A stretch of 64,000 nucleotides of DNA from contig NMRA01000280.1 of the NCBI GenBank assembly GCA_002633005.1, positions 202,080-266,079 on the forward strand. The letters run 5' to 3'. This DNA is from Phoronis australis (taxonomy: Eukaryota > Animalia > Phoronida). A program made the position numbers and the translations under genes. Of the stretch, positions 51,201 through 64,000 are shown piece by piece (positions within the stretch are counted from its first letter, which is position 1; the number at the start of each line of letters is the position of its first letter). The notes beneath the pieces are model-generated. The model had not been told where the DNA came from. It saw only the letters and a program-made list of their open reading frames with translations, and did no database searches.

Positions 51201-54200
51201 TAATGGAAATGGAATCCTGTCACGTTAAGGATTATTATGAGATCGAATTTTTAGTGTATAAGATACACTGATTCAATTTTGATTTTTAGTCAACTTCACA
51301 GGGCAAAATGCAGATTCAAATAAAAAAACTAAGAATGAGAGATTAGATAACATTTATTGCATCACAAATTCAACTCAGAGCCATGATAGTTCTGCTGTAG
51401 AAGTAACAATTACATGTGGACAGACTAATTTTGGTTTCATTTGTCCATCTTGAATTTTAGGTGGTTTAACTTTTGAAATGCAGTTAAGAGCAAATTTTGC
51501 TGCGATCCTTCATTTCTGAAATCAGTATTGCTTTCGTTCAAATACACGACTTCTGATATACAAACATTGTTTCTAAACTCATTTTCAAAAAAAACCCGCA
51601 AAAACGGCAGCTCATGATTTTTTTAGACCTATCCGACACTAATAAGGTCAAGTCAAAATCACAAACTTCAAGGGAAACTAGAATAAATTAAGCTAGCAAG
51701 CTAGCGTTGGTAAATCTTTCGACAGAAGAAAACAAGAACTCCTTTCAGCCCATGGTTTCATGACATGGAATTAAAAACACTAACGTGCTGTATTAAAAAA
51801 CCAAGAACCGTGAGAACTGAAAGTGAATACTGGAACTGAACCAAACTGAACTGATACATTGCAGCTCTCAATCACTCCATGTATCCTCATTTTTAGGTAA
51901 ATAACCAACGAATGGGTACACACCTTCGAAGTGTCAAGACTTCCAGTTCAGCCTGGGCTTGTAAATATTCTTGCGCTAGCTACAACATTAAATAGCTAAC
52001 GATTAGCAATTAGACATCACAGACAACTACAAAATAAAGAATACCGAGCTTCAAGAAACACCAACATTTTTCAATTAACGGGACCACCTTTCAGTTTACC
52101 TGAAGATTACAACAGACCAGTCAAATGTTGAATCATTTTTACAGGTATTACATTCCCCATAAAATTTTCATCTTATTTAAAAGAAAAGTCAAATATTTAT
52201 TTTTGTATGGTAGAGCATTCATGATGAGGCAGTTTTGAATAAATTCATGAATTCACTTTCAAGCATGCTGTAATGTAACCTTCCAGTAAAAATGTGGGGT
52301 ACTAGCAACACCAGTAAACAAAGAAATTCACGATTTCAAAGTATGACTCACTGTTTTAGTGTCAGTAAACAAGAGCCACTGAAGTACGCTTTATCTTACA
52401 AAATACAGTAACTGAGCGATAAAAATGTGTTTTTCTGGCTGTAAAAAGTGAAGGCATCTAGGACTTTAATAAAACTTGTTACACTACACCTCTTGCACAC
52501 ATTCCTATGGGTATTGTTGGATTTTTACCATAGAGCCCCAGGAACGTGCTATGTCCCAGTATCAAATAGTCTCCAATCCCTCATGCGTTCACGGCTGATC
52601 TATTACTGCCTTTGCCATGTATCTTGGAATCACAGAAATATTCCGGAAAAAATGGATTAATTCCACACATGGTCGTGTCCCAAAGGAATAACGTAAAGTT
52701 ATCGTGGCACCCCTATTGGCAGACACTCAAACCACAGGCAGTGTAGTACAACGCAAACGCCAGTTGTTTGATGATACAGAAAACGATCGGAATTATAACT
52801 GAATCAACAAACCACGTTGATCATGATAAAATTTTCTACCGAAATTTGGTGTAACTCAGAATCCCGACAAATTCATGTCCTAGTCCAATGATCTTTCCTT
52901 AGTAACAACTTTCTTGAAAAACACACGGGATTATTGACACTGATTTTTACACGGGAATGACGCTGTTGTTAGCGTTAGGGAGGAGGTCTGATTAACCCTG
53001 ATCTTATGGATCTGGTCATAAGCAAATCGGGCCTAATTTACAAAGTTTTGCACCTAAAATTTTGAGAAAACGACCTTCACAATGATTTCCATCAAGAAAA
53101 ATATATACCAGGCCACTAACAGCAATGACAAGGAATACATAAATGTTCCAGTTAGTGAAAAGAAAAAAATCAATATAAAATATTAAACAGTAAATTGACA
53201 TGATGTATGGCAGGAAAATATATTAAAGTTGGTTCCAATTGTATAACTCTACCATAATATTTTGTTTACACTTCCTATGGCCTTGAACTTTTTGAAATAA
53301 AATATTTTCTCACAAAGAAGTCAATCTAAATGCAATAGGAAGTAATCTATGGAAGAAATCAAAGCATGAGACAAGTTCATGACAGAATCATAAAACCAAC
53401 TGTGATTGGCCAACAGTGAGTCTGGCCATATTCCTAAGCAACTTCGAGTTCACACATCCTGCATATAACGACAAAATGAAAACATACTTTTTCCAAAATA
53501 TCCTTTTTATTCTTCCCTCTAACCAAACAATCAACGTGGTTACCATTCATGACCAAAAACGTTTACTTGTTTTAGAAGGTAACAGTGATAGGCAAAATGT
53601 TACTACAATAGTTTATCATTTTTCAATTAATTTATACAAGACCATTGATTTTTTTCAAGTAAATTGAAATGCTGTGGGTGTTTAATCCAGAGCTCATTTT
53701 TGATTCACTTGATATAAACAGTTGATTACACACAGGTGAAACACGTCTAATATTACCTGACAATGTTGTCTGAATACATCCATTGATTCTTGTGACGTGT
53801 GACATGGCGGAAGGGGCTGCAACAGATAAGTCAGCCATTGTTGAATCTCATTGAATCAAGGGGATGAACTTGTAGTAAGTTTAGGCTAGCATTTGCAAAA
53901 CAACAACACATTGAATGTCACAGCCAAAAGTGTGCAAAATTTATAGTGAAGCAAAGAACATTGAAAGGCAAGGGGCGATGTCTTCAGTGTTCATTCACTG
54001 TTTCACTCACATATGTGTTGGTACAATAGTCACTGATGACTGCCTTGTGCTCTCACTAATGATAAAATATAACACTCACCCAAGGTTCAAATACTGACTA
54101 AAGTGATGTTGATGGGCATAGGGGCAATAGTTCAGGGGATGGAGCCGTAGCTGCCCTTTCAGAAAAACAACATTAACTTAAGTAATATGAAACCAATTTC

Positions 54201-57200
54201 ATGCATATCTATCATAAGCCCCTTAAACCAGGAAGTACAAATACGCCTCCATTAACACATAAAATCATTGAGTAGTATGTAATACGATTTATTCAAGAGT
54301 GGGAATTGTGTTGTGGCATGGCTACCAGAAATGATTAATTTACAGGACAATATTTGTCCTCAAGTGGTGAAGACATGTAGCTCAAATGAGTGGCTATATG
54401 GTAGGTGAAGAATACACAAACTGAGTCTTCTCATAAATAAGATATGAAGAGGTATACAATAAACAAGATTCAGTAGATAGATAAGCTGAGTATTAGAGAT
54501 TTGGTTGCATATCCATGCTCTCTTTTACACAACTAGTGTTCGATGGGGNCCTATATACTAGTATTTTTTTGTTTTTTTGCAACAATTTGAAAACTGTTCC
54601 CAATACTGTTTTGGAGACCACTGCATACAGTACAACCACCTTCACTCCTTGGTACAACATCAGAAAGTTTCATATAAATCCTATCCTCATTTCTGAGATG
54701 TGATGTTCTGAATTTCCAAAATTTAGACACTTTTCTAGGTTCCAACAAAACTTTGAAAGTTATTACATCCTGCAAATATCCAAGGCTTGAGCCATGGATT
54801 TTGAGCCAAAACAACTTTGTGGCAATATTTGGCCTAAATAATTTGAGTTGTAAACATTCAAATACAGCTGCTCAGCTTATTTTATATAATCACCAGCATG
54901 TGGCTTCAACTAAATAGATCTTGGGAGTCATTGCAAAGCTCATGCCCTGGACTTCAATAATGAAGCCCATAAGCTCACATAAACCCTAGTGAAACCCAGT
55001 GAAGCACACTTATCAAACACACTGGCCAGTCAGAGTTCCATAAAGCAGTGAACAGCTCACAAAGAGGCCTTGGAATGGGTTTTGAGCCTTAACAATAATT
55101 TGCACTGACATTGGTTGTAAAGCAAACACTACTTAATTTGAGGTTTGGTTTCTGCTTGCATGTCTAGATGCAAACAAAAGACACAAGCACAGGGCAATGA
55201 GCTATACAGCTCATTGCACAGGGTGAAAACTGTACCAGTGAGGATTTGAATGTATGCTGATATTGAGGAATATCCTTCTAGCTGCACCCCTTTAACACAT
55301 CGACTTATTTCAGAGTACACACAGGGCAACATTTTTGTAAATCAAAAACTAAAAACAATACACAAAAACAGGACATGACAGACTTCAGAAACAAATTTTT
55401 ATTAACCACTCAACAAATTCAAACAGCCTAACATGCATATTTAAAATAAAATTCATATTCAAAGGCTGACATTGAAACCTTTTCAGTGCTCTCCATAGGA
55501 ATAATTAGGCAGACCCCTTTCTACGAATAATAAATATAATCTATGTCCTTAGTCTCACTCAGTGACCAATGACATTAATTGACAACTAGCATGTCCCCTG
55601 GCATAATGTAGGTCAGATAAGATTTCGATATGTAAGTAAATTTGCCAGTCACCATAAACCTGTACCAAATTTGTGGATAACGTATCTGTAAGAGGTGTCC
55701 CAAAATTCAAAAAGCACACCATGAGTTGTAACAATGTGCTCAAAGCCATTCACTTGAGTGCTTTGTGTTCAACTCATACATCATGCTTTGTCACTCAACT
55801 TCAAAAAAGTAGTTTACTCAACTTTCTTTTTGAAATGAAACAATAAATAAAAGGCAGTCTAAAATTAAAAAAATTCTGACACAGAAATAGGTATCATCTA
55901 TTTACAGCAACCTCCAGTCCCAAAAATCCTGAAAATTTGAATACTAAACTGACAAATGTCAGCATCCAAAACCAAATGGATCATTCAAGTATAGTGAACC
56001 TGTGTGTGAAGTGGTGTCCAAGTGTGTGTGATAAATGAGTTATATGGAAGATAGACCAATGGGGCGATAAACTGAGCAACAATGCAGCTACAACAAAAAC
56101 ACATCTCTGCAAATATTTACCTAAATCAAGCTTAGGAAAAACCAAATGAAGACTGCAATCACAACAAATACTAGGATCGTTTCACTGCATGGACCATGTT
56201 TCTGATATTGTGTACAAGGACACACACTCGCAGTTCTCCATATTAAATTCAAGACAACCAAATTCGACATTATTTCTTCTGTCAAGCAAAATAGTAATTT
56301 TTGCCCAAAAATTATTCGGAAAGGGAGCACTAGAACAGTCACACTACTTTACTGTGACAAGTCCTGTGAATTGTCTAGACTACCTAAAAACATAGGTAAA
56401 CAGTGTATTGTGTTCCACATCAACCATGAATACCCAGCATTGTAATCTGCTGAATGGTGATGATAAGCCATAGGTTTAACTACTTGCCAGGGTGCTTGGA
56501 CTGTAAATTAGGGGTAATAGAAACCAGAGTTCAAACCAGCAATAAACCAGGACACTGGGAACCCTATAGAAGTGTGTCCTTACAAGAGCAGCAATAAAAA
56601 GAAATATAAGAGTGTATTAAGACCATGGCGAGGCATACGTCTGCGATTACGAAGCGTTTTAGAAATTACAAATAAAGCACAATATCGCCGTGCCTGGAAT
56701 GAATGGAAAGTTTATTCGAATGAACATTTAAGAGATCTTTAGAGTCTTATTTTGGTCAAACGTGATGACATCCTAGCCATGTTACTTAGTGGTGACTCAT
56801 TGTTTCCAGGTGTGGAAATTTTACCCATTTCAACTTCAACAGGACATCACTAGAGGCATCCAAACTTGAAATCTAACCAAGCCAGTCAAAAGCATAAGGA
56901 ACTAGGCTGTCATCCACAACAAAGGTCCACTACCTAAGTTCTTACTGCATTGTCTATTCAAATTGATTTCAGCTGCTGTACAGATAAGCAAAGAATTAGT
57001 GATGCAATTATTTCCACTAAATAAGCATTGGACAAAGGATACCATAAACAGCTGTCTATGGAAAATAGGGGTAAACTGTTTTGATCATGGACAGAGAAGA
57101 CCAACAAACTAAGCAGTATTCTAGAAAATGAGCAAATTAGAAAAAAAAAACGAGTGTAAGTGCACACAGGCTCATTTAGATATCACGACTGTAGGACTGT

Positions 57201-60200
57201 GCTAAAAGTGACAACTCATCCCACTGAGAACCAAAGCTGTATATCATCATGTTTTAGTGGGAAACAACTTACAAATGTAATATGATGAAAGAAAGACCTT
57301 TGATTCCATAAAAAATGTTACTGAACAGGTGAGGGTTGAATTTTACTGAGATAGACTTTCTTCAAATTTAATTTTATTGTGCAGTAAAATCTCATCAATT
57401 TATGACACACTACGGCAGACGGGTGAAATTTAATTTTCTCGGATCAGAATGATGCTTCGCCGTATCCAAGTTCTGTGCCATAGCCACTAACAGACAAACA
57501 GACAGACAACATTTTGAAATTCACAACAATGTTTGAAGACAATGAAAAATAAAGAAAGTCGTGTTTTGCCAATCATTTTTGTCCAAAATTGGCGAAATTT
57601 TACCATAATTTCACGATTCATTGGTAAACAGACACTATCCTATACAGAAAACTTTGACAACTAGTAATTCTTTTGAGCCTGTAATGAAACGGGTCTTCAT
57701 CATCCCTACTGATCAACATTTCTAATATACATTTTTATTGCATGGCATTTTGAATGGTCATTCTTAGAAGAACAAGCATGGGTGTCTGGTGCACTCGTGG
57801 TATTTTTTCCTGGTGCATGACGGGATTTAAACCTGGGACCTTTCCGACGTGCCAATGTAGTAGAGTTCAATGGAATTTTGAAGTCATATTACTACAGCAC
57901 GAGGATTTTGCTTGTCAAAGTTTGGAGGACTTGGTAGACTTTTGGATAAAAAATGACGGCCATATTGTGAAGCTTATCAATTAATGAGCATGTAATCAAG
58001 GGTGAAGAAAAGGTGTCGACAAATCCAGACAGACAAATTCCTCAGTGACGAGTTCAACGAGGTAACTAGTGTAACCAGGTTATCAAGTACAGGTGAACAA
58101 GGCAAATAAAGACTAGTAGGGAAACTATTTAAGTAAGCACTGTCATTTTTATCAATCAAGGCAACCCACTGTTTTGACTATGATACGGACACGGACGATA
58201 TTGATGTATAAAACATAATTATGTTTACTGGGAAATACATATACTGTATTCACCGTAATAACTGCCCACTTGCCCCTATAAGCACCCCCCACGCGTTTTC
58301 AGACTTTGCTGAAATAAGTGCCCAGTCCATGAATGTGTACATGCGAACAATGACGTACCTACAGTCCTAAAACTCAGCTGCAGTAACGTCTTCAATTTAT
58401 CAAAAAAATTTTTCACGGGTCTTCTTGACCACCAGCGGCACTGCTATGTTTGTATTTAGCCGTGACTTTACACTTCTAAGTGACGCAGCGCTTCAAAAAG
58501 AACGCAACAGCCTTGCTACGCTCTCGCGACGACCGTGTCCCATTATGGTCGGACCTTTCAGTAGTCACATCGACTGTCTCATGAATAAAAATAACTTGGT
58601 GTTAAACGCACGTGGTTAGGAAGTGCGCGCTACATACATGAACCCGTCATCAAAGACATTAGACGGGAACTATCCATTCATGAAACGGGTAGCATAGCAT
58701 CGATAAGAAATGAATATTGGCACTAATTTCCGACAATTTCTAATACTATAAAACATGTTTGCGTTATTTTTGAGATGGATTGTTTGATTAACCATAATTG
58801 GTGTTTTTAAGCCGAATATCCGATAAAATGACAACTGACAGTGAATGCTTACACACCCTTACACCGAAAAATAAGTGTCAGATAGTTACGTACGCATCCT
58901 GCAACACGGCGACTAATATGAGCCTTACCGAGACAAATGTCCAAAGTTTTTAGCACAAGACCGGCAAGTGCTGAATGAAACATGCTCTAGTTTAGGCCTA
59001 CTGCTTGTGCAAATTTCTTTAGACACATCTAGCTAGTTAGATTGCGTGGCTCTGGCCAAAAGACGGTCTCTGCCTTGGCAAATGAACTCTGGAGACACGC
59101 ACGCGCTCACGTGACAACAACATGTGTGTTCGTCCAAACATTTTTCTCGCCGTGTTGCCGATCATACATGTAAATGGCACGATGTTTCACAGATTTGTAC
59201 TTAAACCTGCCGTTAATCCAGACTCCACGGGAACTTAAAACATCTTAGAGACGCTACTTAAAAAACTTAATGAGGATTTCAGGTAATTTGCTTGAGTCGA
59301 AACCATTTTTATTCAAGCATTGAAGTCGTCATATCGAAGACGGCGATTTCGAGGCAGTCAGTCGGCGAGTTTTCGCAATGGGATTTCAGTACAATTTTCT
59401 TTAAAATGATCGTAATTTAGCAGCAAAGTTTGATAGCAATGCACCACAGTTTTGTTGAAAGTCTTTCATAGATTACATATACGTCACAGAGCGTAAATTT
59501 GATGAATCTTAGCTTCCGATTTCACCCGTTTCGGAGACCGGGCGTGCGTTCAGTAGACGCTAGGACCTATGCTAGGACCTAGCTAAAACCTAGTCAAAGT
59601 CACGTGTTCTCATTTAGAATACACAGCAATATCTCACGTAATCTCGCGAAGTCTTGCTTTTTAGCGAGGTCCTAGCGCTACTGAACAGGAGGCGGGTTTC
59701 AATCGCCTTGGGTTATAATAAGCACCCCCCCTGAACCGAACTTTTCTAAGCGCCCTGGGCGGTTATTACAGCGAATACGGTAAATATTTTTTAGTCACAA
59801 AGTAATACACTTAAAGGCAATCATAACACAAGTATACTCTGACTTGTAGTGTTACCATTTAATACGTTCACTATATTCCAGGCAGACCAGTCGCTCACGA
59901 GGACGGACGAAACCGGACAATTCTGGCGTCAAACCGAAAGGTTAGGGGGCTAAACTATCGTGGGGTAAGTTGAATACAAAGCCCTGGTAGCACACAGAGA
60001 GATAACACTTTGGTGACGAGAATACTCGGCTAAACTATCATGGGCAATGTTTTTTACCGCACAAATAGCTCAGAGATTTAAAGGGGTGAATACTGATGTG
60101 AGCTCCTAGGTTTTTGTAACAGAACTATGGTGAAGTCAAGTGTGACACATCTAAATACAATCAGTATGCACATGAAGAGTAAGGCCCATAATAATAAGCT

Positions 60201-62186
60201 CTGTCCAAAGCATGGACAAATATAATCATATCCAGGAACCCAACAAAACTACAACACTGATGAGGAAGTACCACATATAGCCCACCACAGCCCTGATCAA
60301 GTTTAGAGTGTAGACATTTTGGCTATTGTCAGGGGCACTCATTTTACGTAATTATGAAACATTAAGAAACACAAGTGAGTAATTCTTAACATATTCCTCA
60401 CCTAAGTGCAAAAATTACCCAACATTTACAAGTAAAGTAACAACCACCTCCAGGTAAGCATTTGATTTCCAAAAGAAGCAAACATGCAGAGACACCTTTA
60501 GGTGAAAATATACACTACACATCAACATCAATACAAGACAGTACCTGTAGTCGTGAATCAATGGATCCCACCCTCAACTGCGGCGCTTGATTTACTGAAA
60601 TAAAGACGAAAGACACGAGACCATTACCCAATTACCAGTAACCTTATAAGTATAAGTGTTGTGTTTGAGATAAAAGTCAACTGTGATAATGTAATTTTTT
60701 TCAGAAATTATCAAAAATATCACCATAATATCCAGCATTAAAGCAGATGACCTTACATTCCAGTATATACTTTTACTTCAAGATAACATTGCATTTCATA
60801 ACTTACCAATGAAACACACTATTTCCCCCATAAGATCGTGTTCACAATTTTGAACATTAAACTCACGCTGTTGTGCTTTATTTATTCTTAAGAACGAACA
60901 TGAAATTATTGATATCTACTGTGCACGAGATAACCCAAGAATTATCTAATGCAAGTTAGAATGTGATAGACATGCTGCAGTGTTCCATGGCAGACACTAG
61001 ACTGTGGCTTGATCTATTATGCTGCATAGGGATGACTGACAATGAGTAAAATGGAAATTGAACATTTTCATTTTTGTCTTGTTTGTTAGAGTATCAGGGC
61101 TTGGAATGACCAATGACAAAAAAGCAAAAATTTCCAGGTGATGTATCGTTCCACAAATAAATACGCTACTGTGATAGAAACATTTAACTGAAATAAATGT
61201 TTTTGCATTAATAAAGTCAAAATAATGATAAAAAGAGACGAAAAAGAGGAAACTTGATATCAAATAAGAGGAAATTGAAATCAGACAAGAGAAAATCCTC
61301 TTAAAGGAAGAAAATTCCAAGCCCTGAGTATACTGATCAATGTGTGATACAAATAGATTATTACATGTTACTTAATGAAAGCCCAGAAATTGACACGATG
61401 TAATAAAGTGTTGTTAAAACCACAACCATAAAAACGGCACTAGATGTCATTAAGTCCTTACCTGTCACTGGGTAGTGACCTTCAGTTGGTGGCCATATTA
61501 CCTCAGCGTCGACATTTGTGAGCGGTACTGGTGCAGTCTGCACTGTGTGAAGAGGCGATGCTGTGGCGGCAATGTTCAGCCTCATGTGTGGGCTCGTCTT
61601 TTGGTCATGACCAGTGGACCCCGTGCGACGGTGACCTTTAATCGGCTCTGAAACTACAATTACCATATTGTGAAACTCACGAAAATTTGAACAGGGCAAT
61701 GAGCATTCACAATAAAAATTTCCTCTTAACATTATTTTGGAAATCATGACATTTTCTGAATCTTCAGTTTCATATATTCGACAAATTACATAAAAGAAAA
61801 AGAAGCATTCTGCAAACCATTACCCACGATTTTCCTAAAAAAGTCTCAAAAGTTAAATGTTTTTCAATCAAAAGCCATGTAAAGTGTCATTTTTTATAAA
61901 GATGATTGTGTACTCTTTACTAAAGGTTTTAAACAAAAAACAAATAAAAGTTTTTAAGTTACTTTATGACATCATAAAATACCATCAAAGAAAAAAATTA
62001 TTTTTGTAAGGTGTCAAGTAATATTGTCCCTTTTCCTATTGCTAAACAAAATGTACCTGGTGACACCTGGTGTTTGCCATCGGTACTGCTTAAGTCTGCA
62101 GAATGGCGATCTTCTGCTGGCAAGTGCAAATTTTCTCGACTGCCAACCAGTGATGGTGGTGCACTGGTTCTGGCAGGTGATTCCTC
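48284..62186 (-). CDS. MAP3K7: TAK1 / MAP kinase kinase kinase 7, 3' part (kinase domain lies beyond the window): exons 62057-62186, 61462-61647 (or 61653), 60545-60594, 53757-53816, 51924-51979, 50745-50835, 48284-48376
   Basis: Phase-consistent splicing gives ..GHRRTGS..IDSRLQPLPPCHTSQESMDVFRQHCQLAQEYLQAQAELEVLTLRSQQLTEELQRDE..TNENEALMKLYNNLKKQVEQIQ.., matching the TAK1 C-terminal motif LQPLxPC..S.ESM.VF.QHC..AQEY and its coiled coil. Candidate polyA signal at 46122-46127. Confidence 0.9.
49410..49521 (-). mobile_element. HINE-family 5' fragment
   Basis: The minus strand reads TTATACC..GGGCATCTGGCATCTGCAGCTGTATATCCTAAACCCCTTAAAGGATCTTCATGAAAGTTGGCA, paralleling 6506-6568. Confidence 0.5.
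58244..59780. mobile_element. 1.5-kb non-autonomous pogo/Tigger-like element with TA TSD
   Basis: TA|CTGTATTCACCGTAATAACTGCCCA ... TGGGCGGTTATTACAGCGAATACGG|TA; subterminal ATAAGCACCCCCC at both ends; no ORF. Confidence 0.8.
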
Positions 62187-64000
62187 CTGAATGAACAAGA
62201 AAGAACAAGAAATGAATAAGAAATGAACAACAGGATTCAAAAAACCAGTGGAACTTGACTATTTACTTCATCTGAGTTTTTTGCATCAAAACAATTCTTT
62301 TGAACTTTTCAAAGACTTCTCGTTACACATAGTAAATGTTCTGGAAATAAACATTTACAAAATAAAGATTTCCTGCCAAAAACAACACTCAAAATAGGTT
62401 GTTATGCAAAAAAATTAGCTGCAACCAAAAACCATGCCACATAGGAACATAAATTTCGGTAAAATATAAGGCCTCCACGTTGACGATACTCCAACCAGAG
62501 TCCACATTTTACTTTAAAGTAACTGTTACATTAAATATACACAAAATGTCAGAATAAAAATAATCCTACACAATAGCACAGGTGACCACACCTATAACTA
62601 CCATTTTATATGTATTTGCATATCAGCACCACATATTCACCATGTGCACTACGCTTTGTATTTGACTGCCGGTTTGTGCTCCTTTAAGTGTAGTGAGTAT
62701 ATTTGCATGTTATTCCATTAACTTTGACATTGAGTTCAATCCTTGGCACGTACATTGTAGCATTCCTCTGTTATACTTACTGTTACGCGTGTAACCAACA
62801 TTGCATTGCATTTCTAAAGCCATAGTACAAGTTCGAGCAATTTCATGTTAGTGACAGTATGTAGGATTTAAGAGCATTTTCTTGTCTTCTGTAGATAATC
62901 ATTCACGCACTCAATAAAGACATAATGACTTGAGGCTACACCTGCATTATTATCAATTCCCCCATCATAACAACCCATTATCAACTATTACACATTGGCA
63001 ATATGATTTTAAACTATTCCCTATACAACATTAAAAGAACATTTTTGAGGATTAAAAGTTTTGTCAATTTTTTACTCTATCGATGGGTTCCAGTTCCAGC
63101 ATACAAACAGATAAGAAGTCAGTAAGTAAAAAGTAAAAGCAAATCTCATTGTGTAAATGAGTCAAAATATTTACTGCAGGTGTAATACCAAAAGAGCAAA
63201 ATCAAGAAGTCATCACTACTGGACACTCATTAACATACAAGTCAGAGCACAATTGTAAATGACGAATGAAATTTCTAAAATTACTTGGATATTGCAGATA
63301 CTGGAAATCAGGGAAGTCAAAATTCACTAGGTGTCCTGAGTGAAGCAAGGGGCCTTCCCAGGCATGCCTTCTGTGCACACAAGAAAATACAAAACCACAG
63401 AAAGACAGCGAGTTTTCGCCACGTCTTACAAGCAAAGCACATGATCACACTTAGCTTCCTCCGCAACATGCTTGCGTCTACGGAACTCAGCCCCCACACG
63501 GGTCCCTTATCACACAAATACACCTATGCTGACGCTCAATCCATTGAGAAGTCATAATGAGGGACTTCTGTTTGTAGCACCACTTATTGAATATCATGTT
63601 GCCTATTCCACAAATTACAACAAAGACACGTATCTGGGGAAACTAAAATAGTAAAATACCTACTTTTGACACAGCGGATCTCATCGAAAAGATAAACAAG
63701 TAAAATGCACATATGAGTACAAGCTGCAAAACTTGTGGAAAAATGTGAGCGGATAATTCAAAATCAATTATATCCACCACAGCAAATAAAGATAAAAGAT
63801 AAAAGATGGGGTTATCAACAGAACCATCATATTGCAGACACCCAATTAAGACCAGCAAAAGAATGAGTGTTAAGAGATAAAGCAAATTAGCAAGCAGTTA
63901 CAGGCATTATTTCCAATAATTGCCACAAGGAAGCACCTAGGTAGTCAGATGCTTCTAAAAATTAACACCAGCAGTGTTCTCCCTACACAAAGATCCATGA

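Noticed and set aside
48284-62186. These minus-strand exons as the missing Mondo N-terminus
   Set aside because: They encode the TAK1 C-terminal motif and end in their own stop codon
63202-63885. Short ORFs at the window end as TAK1 exons
   Set aside because: No convincing splice sites or kinase motifs; treated as intron

Overview
Eukaryotic, AT-rich, intron-rich animal genomic DNA. It looks invertebrate; the species cannot be fixed from sequence alone. Host genes read by hand-splicing: (1) the 3' part of pyridoxal kinase PDXK on + (8 exons, 1-21925); (2) an intronless 175-aa orphan ORF on + (28192-28719); (3) an intronless class A GPCR on - (34178-35158); (4) a compact ~309-aa Mondo/ChREBP-like bHLH-Zip-DCD gene on - (38815-43477), which seems to lack the N-terminal glucose-sensing module and contains a U12-type intron; (5) the 3' part of TAK1/MAP3K7 on - (48284-62186). 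Introns and intergenic DNA are full of transposon remains. These include DINE-1/Helentron-type elements whose internal ~147-bp tandem repeats each carry a same-orientation CTCF-like motif and which nest in themselves, a TTAA-flanked Kolobok-type deletion derivative (THAP plus KolX/P2X7-ballast-like first exons), a CAC..GTG MITE with a 5-bp TSD (Transib-like), several TA-TSD MITEs, a tRNA-SINE and CR1/L2 LINE fragments. All family assignments come from motif recognition from memory; no searches were run.
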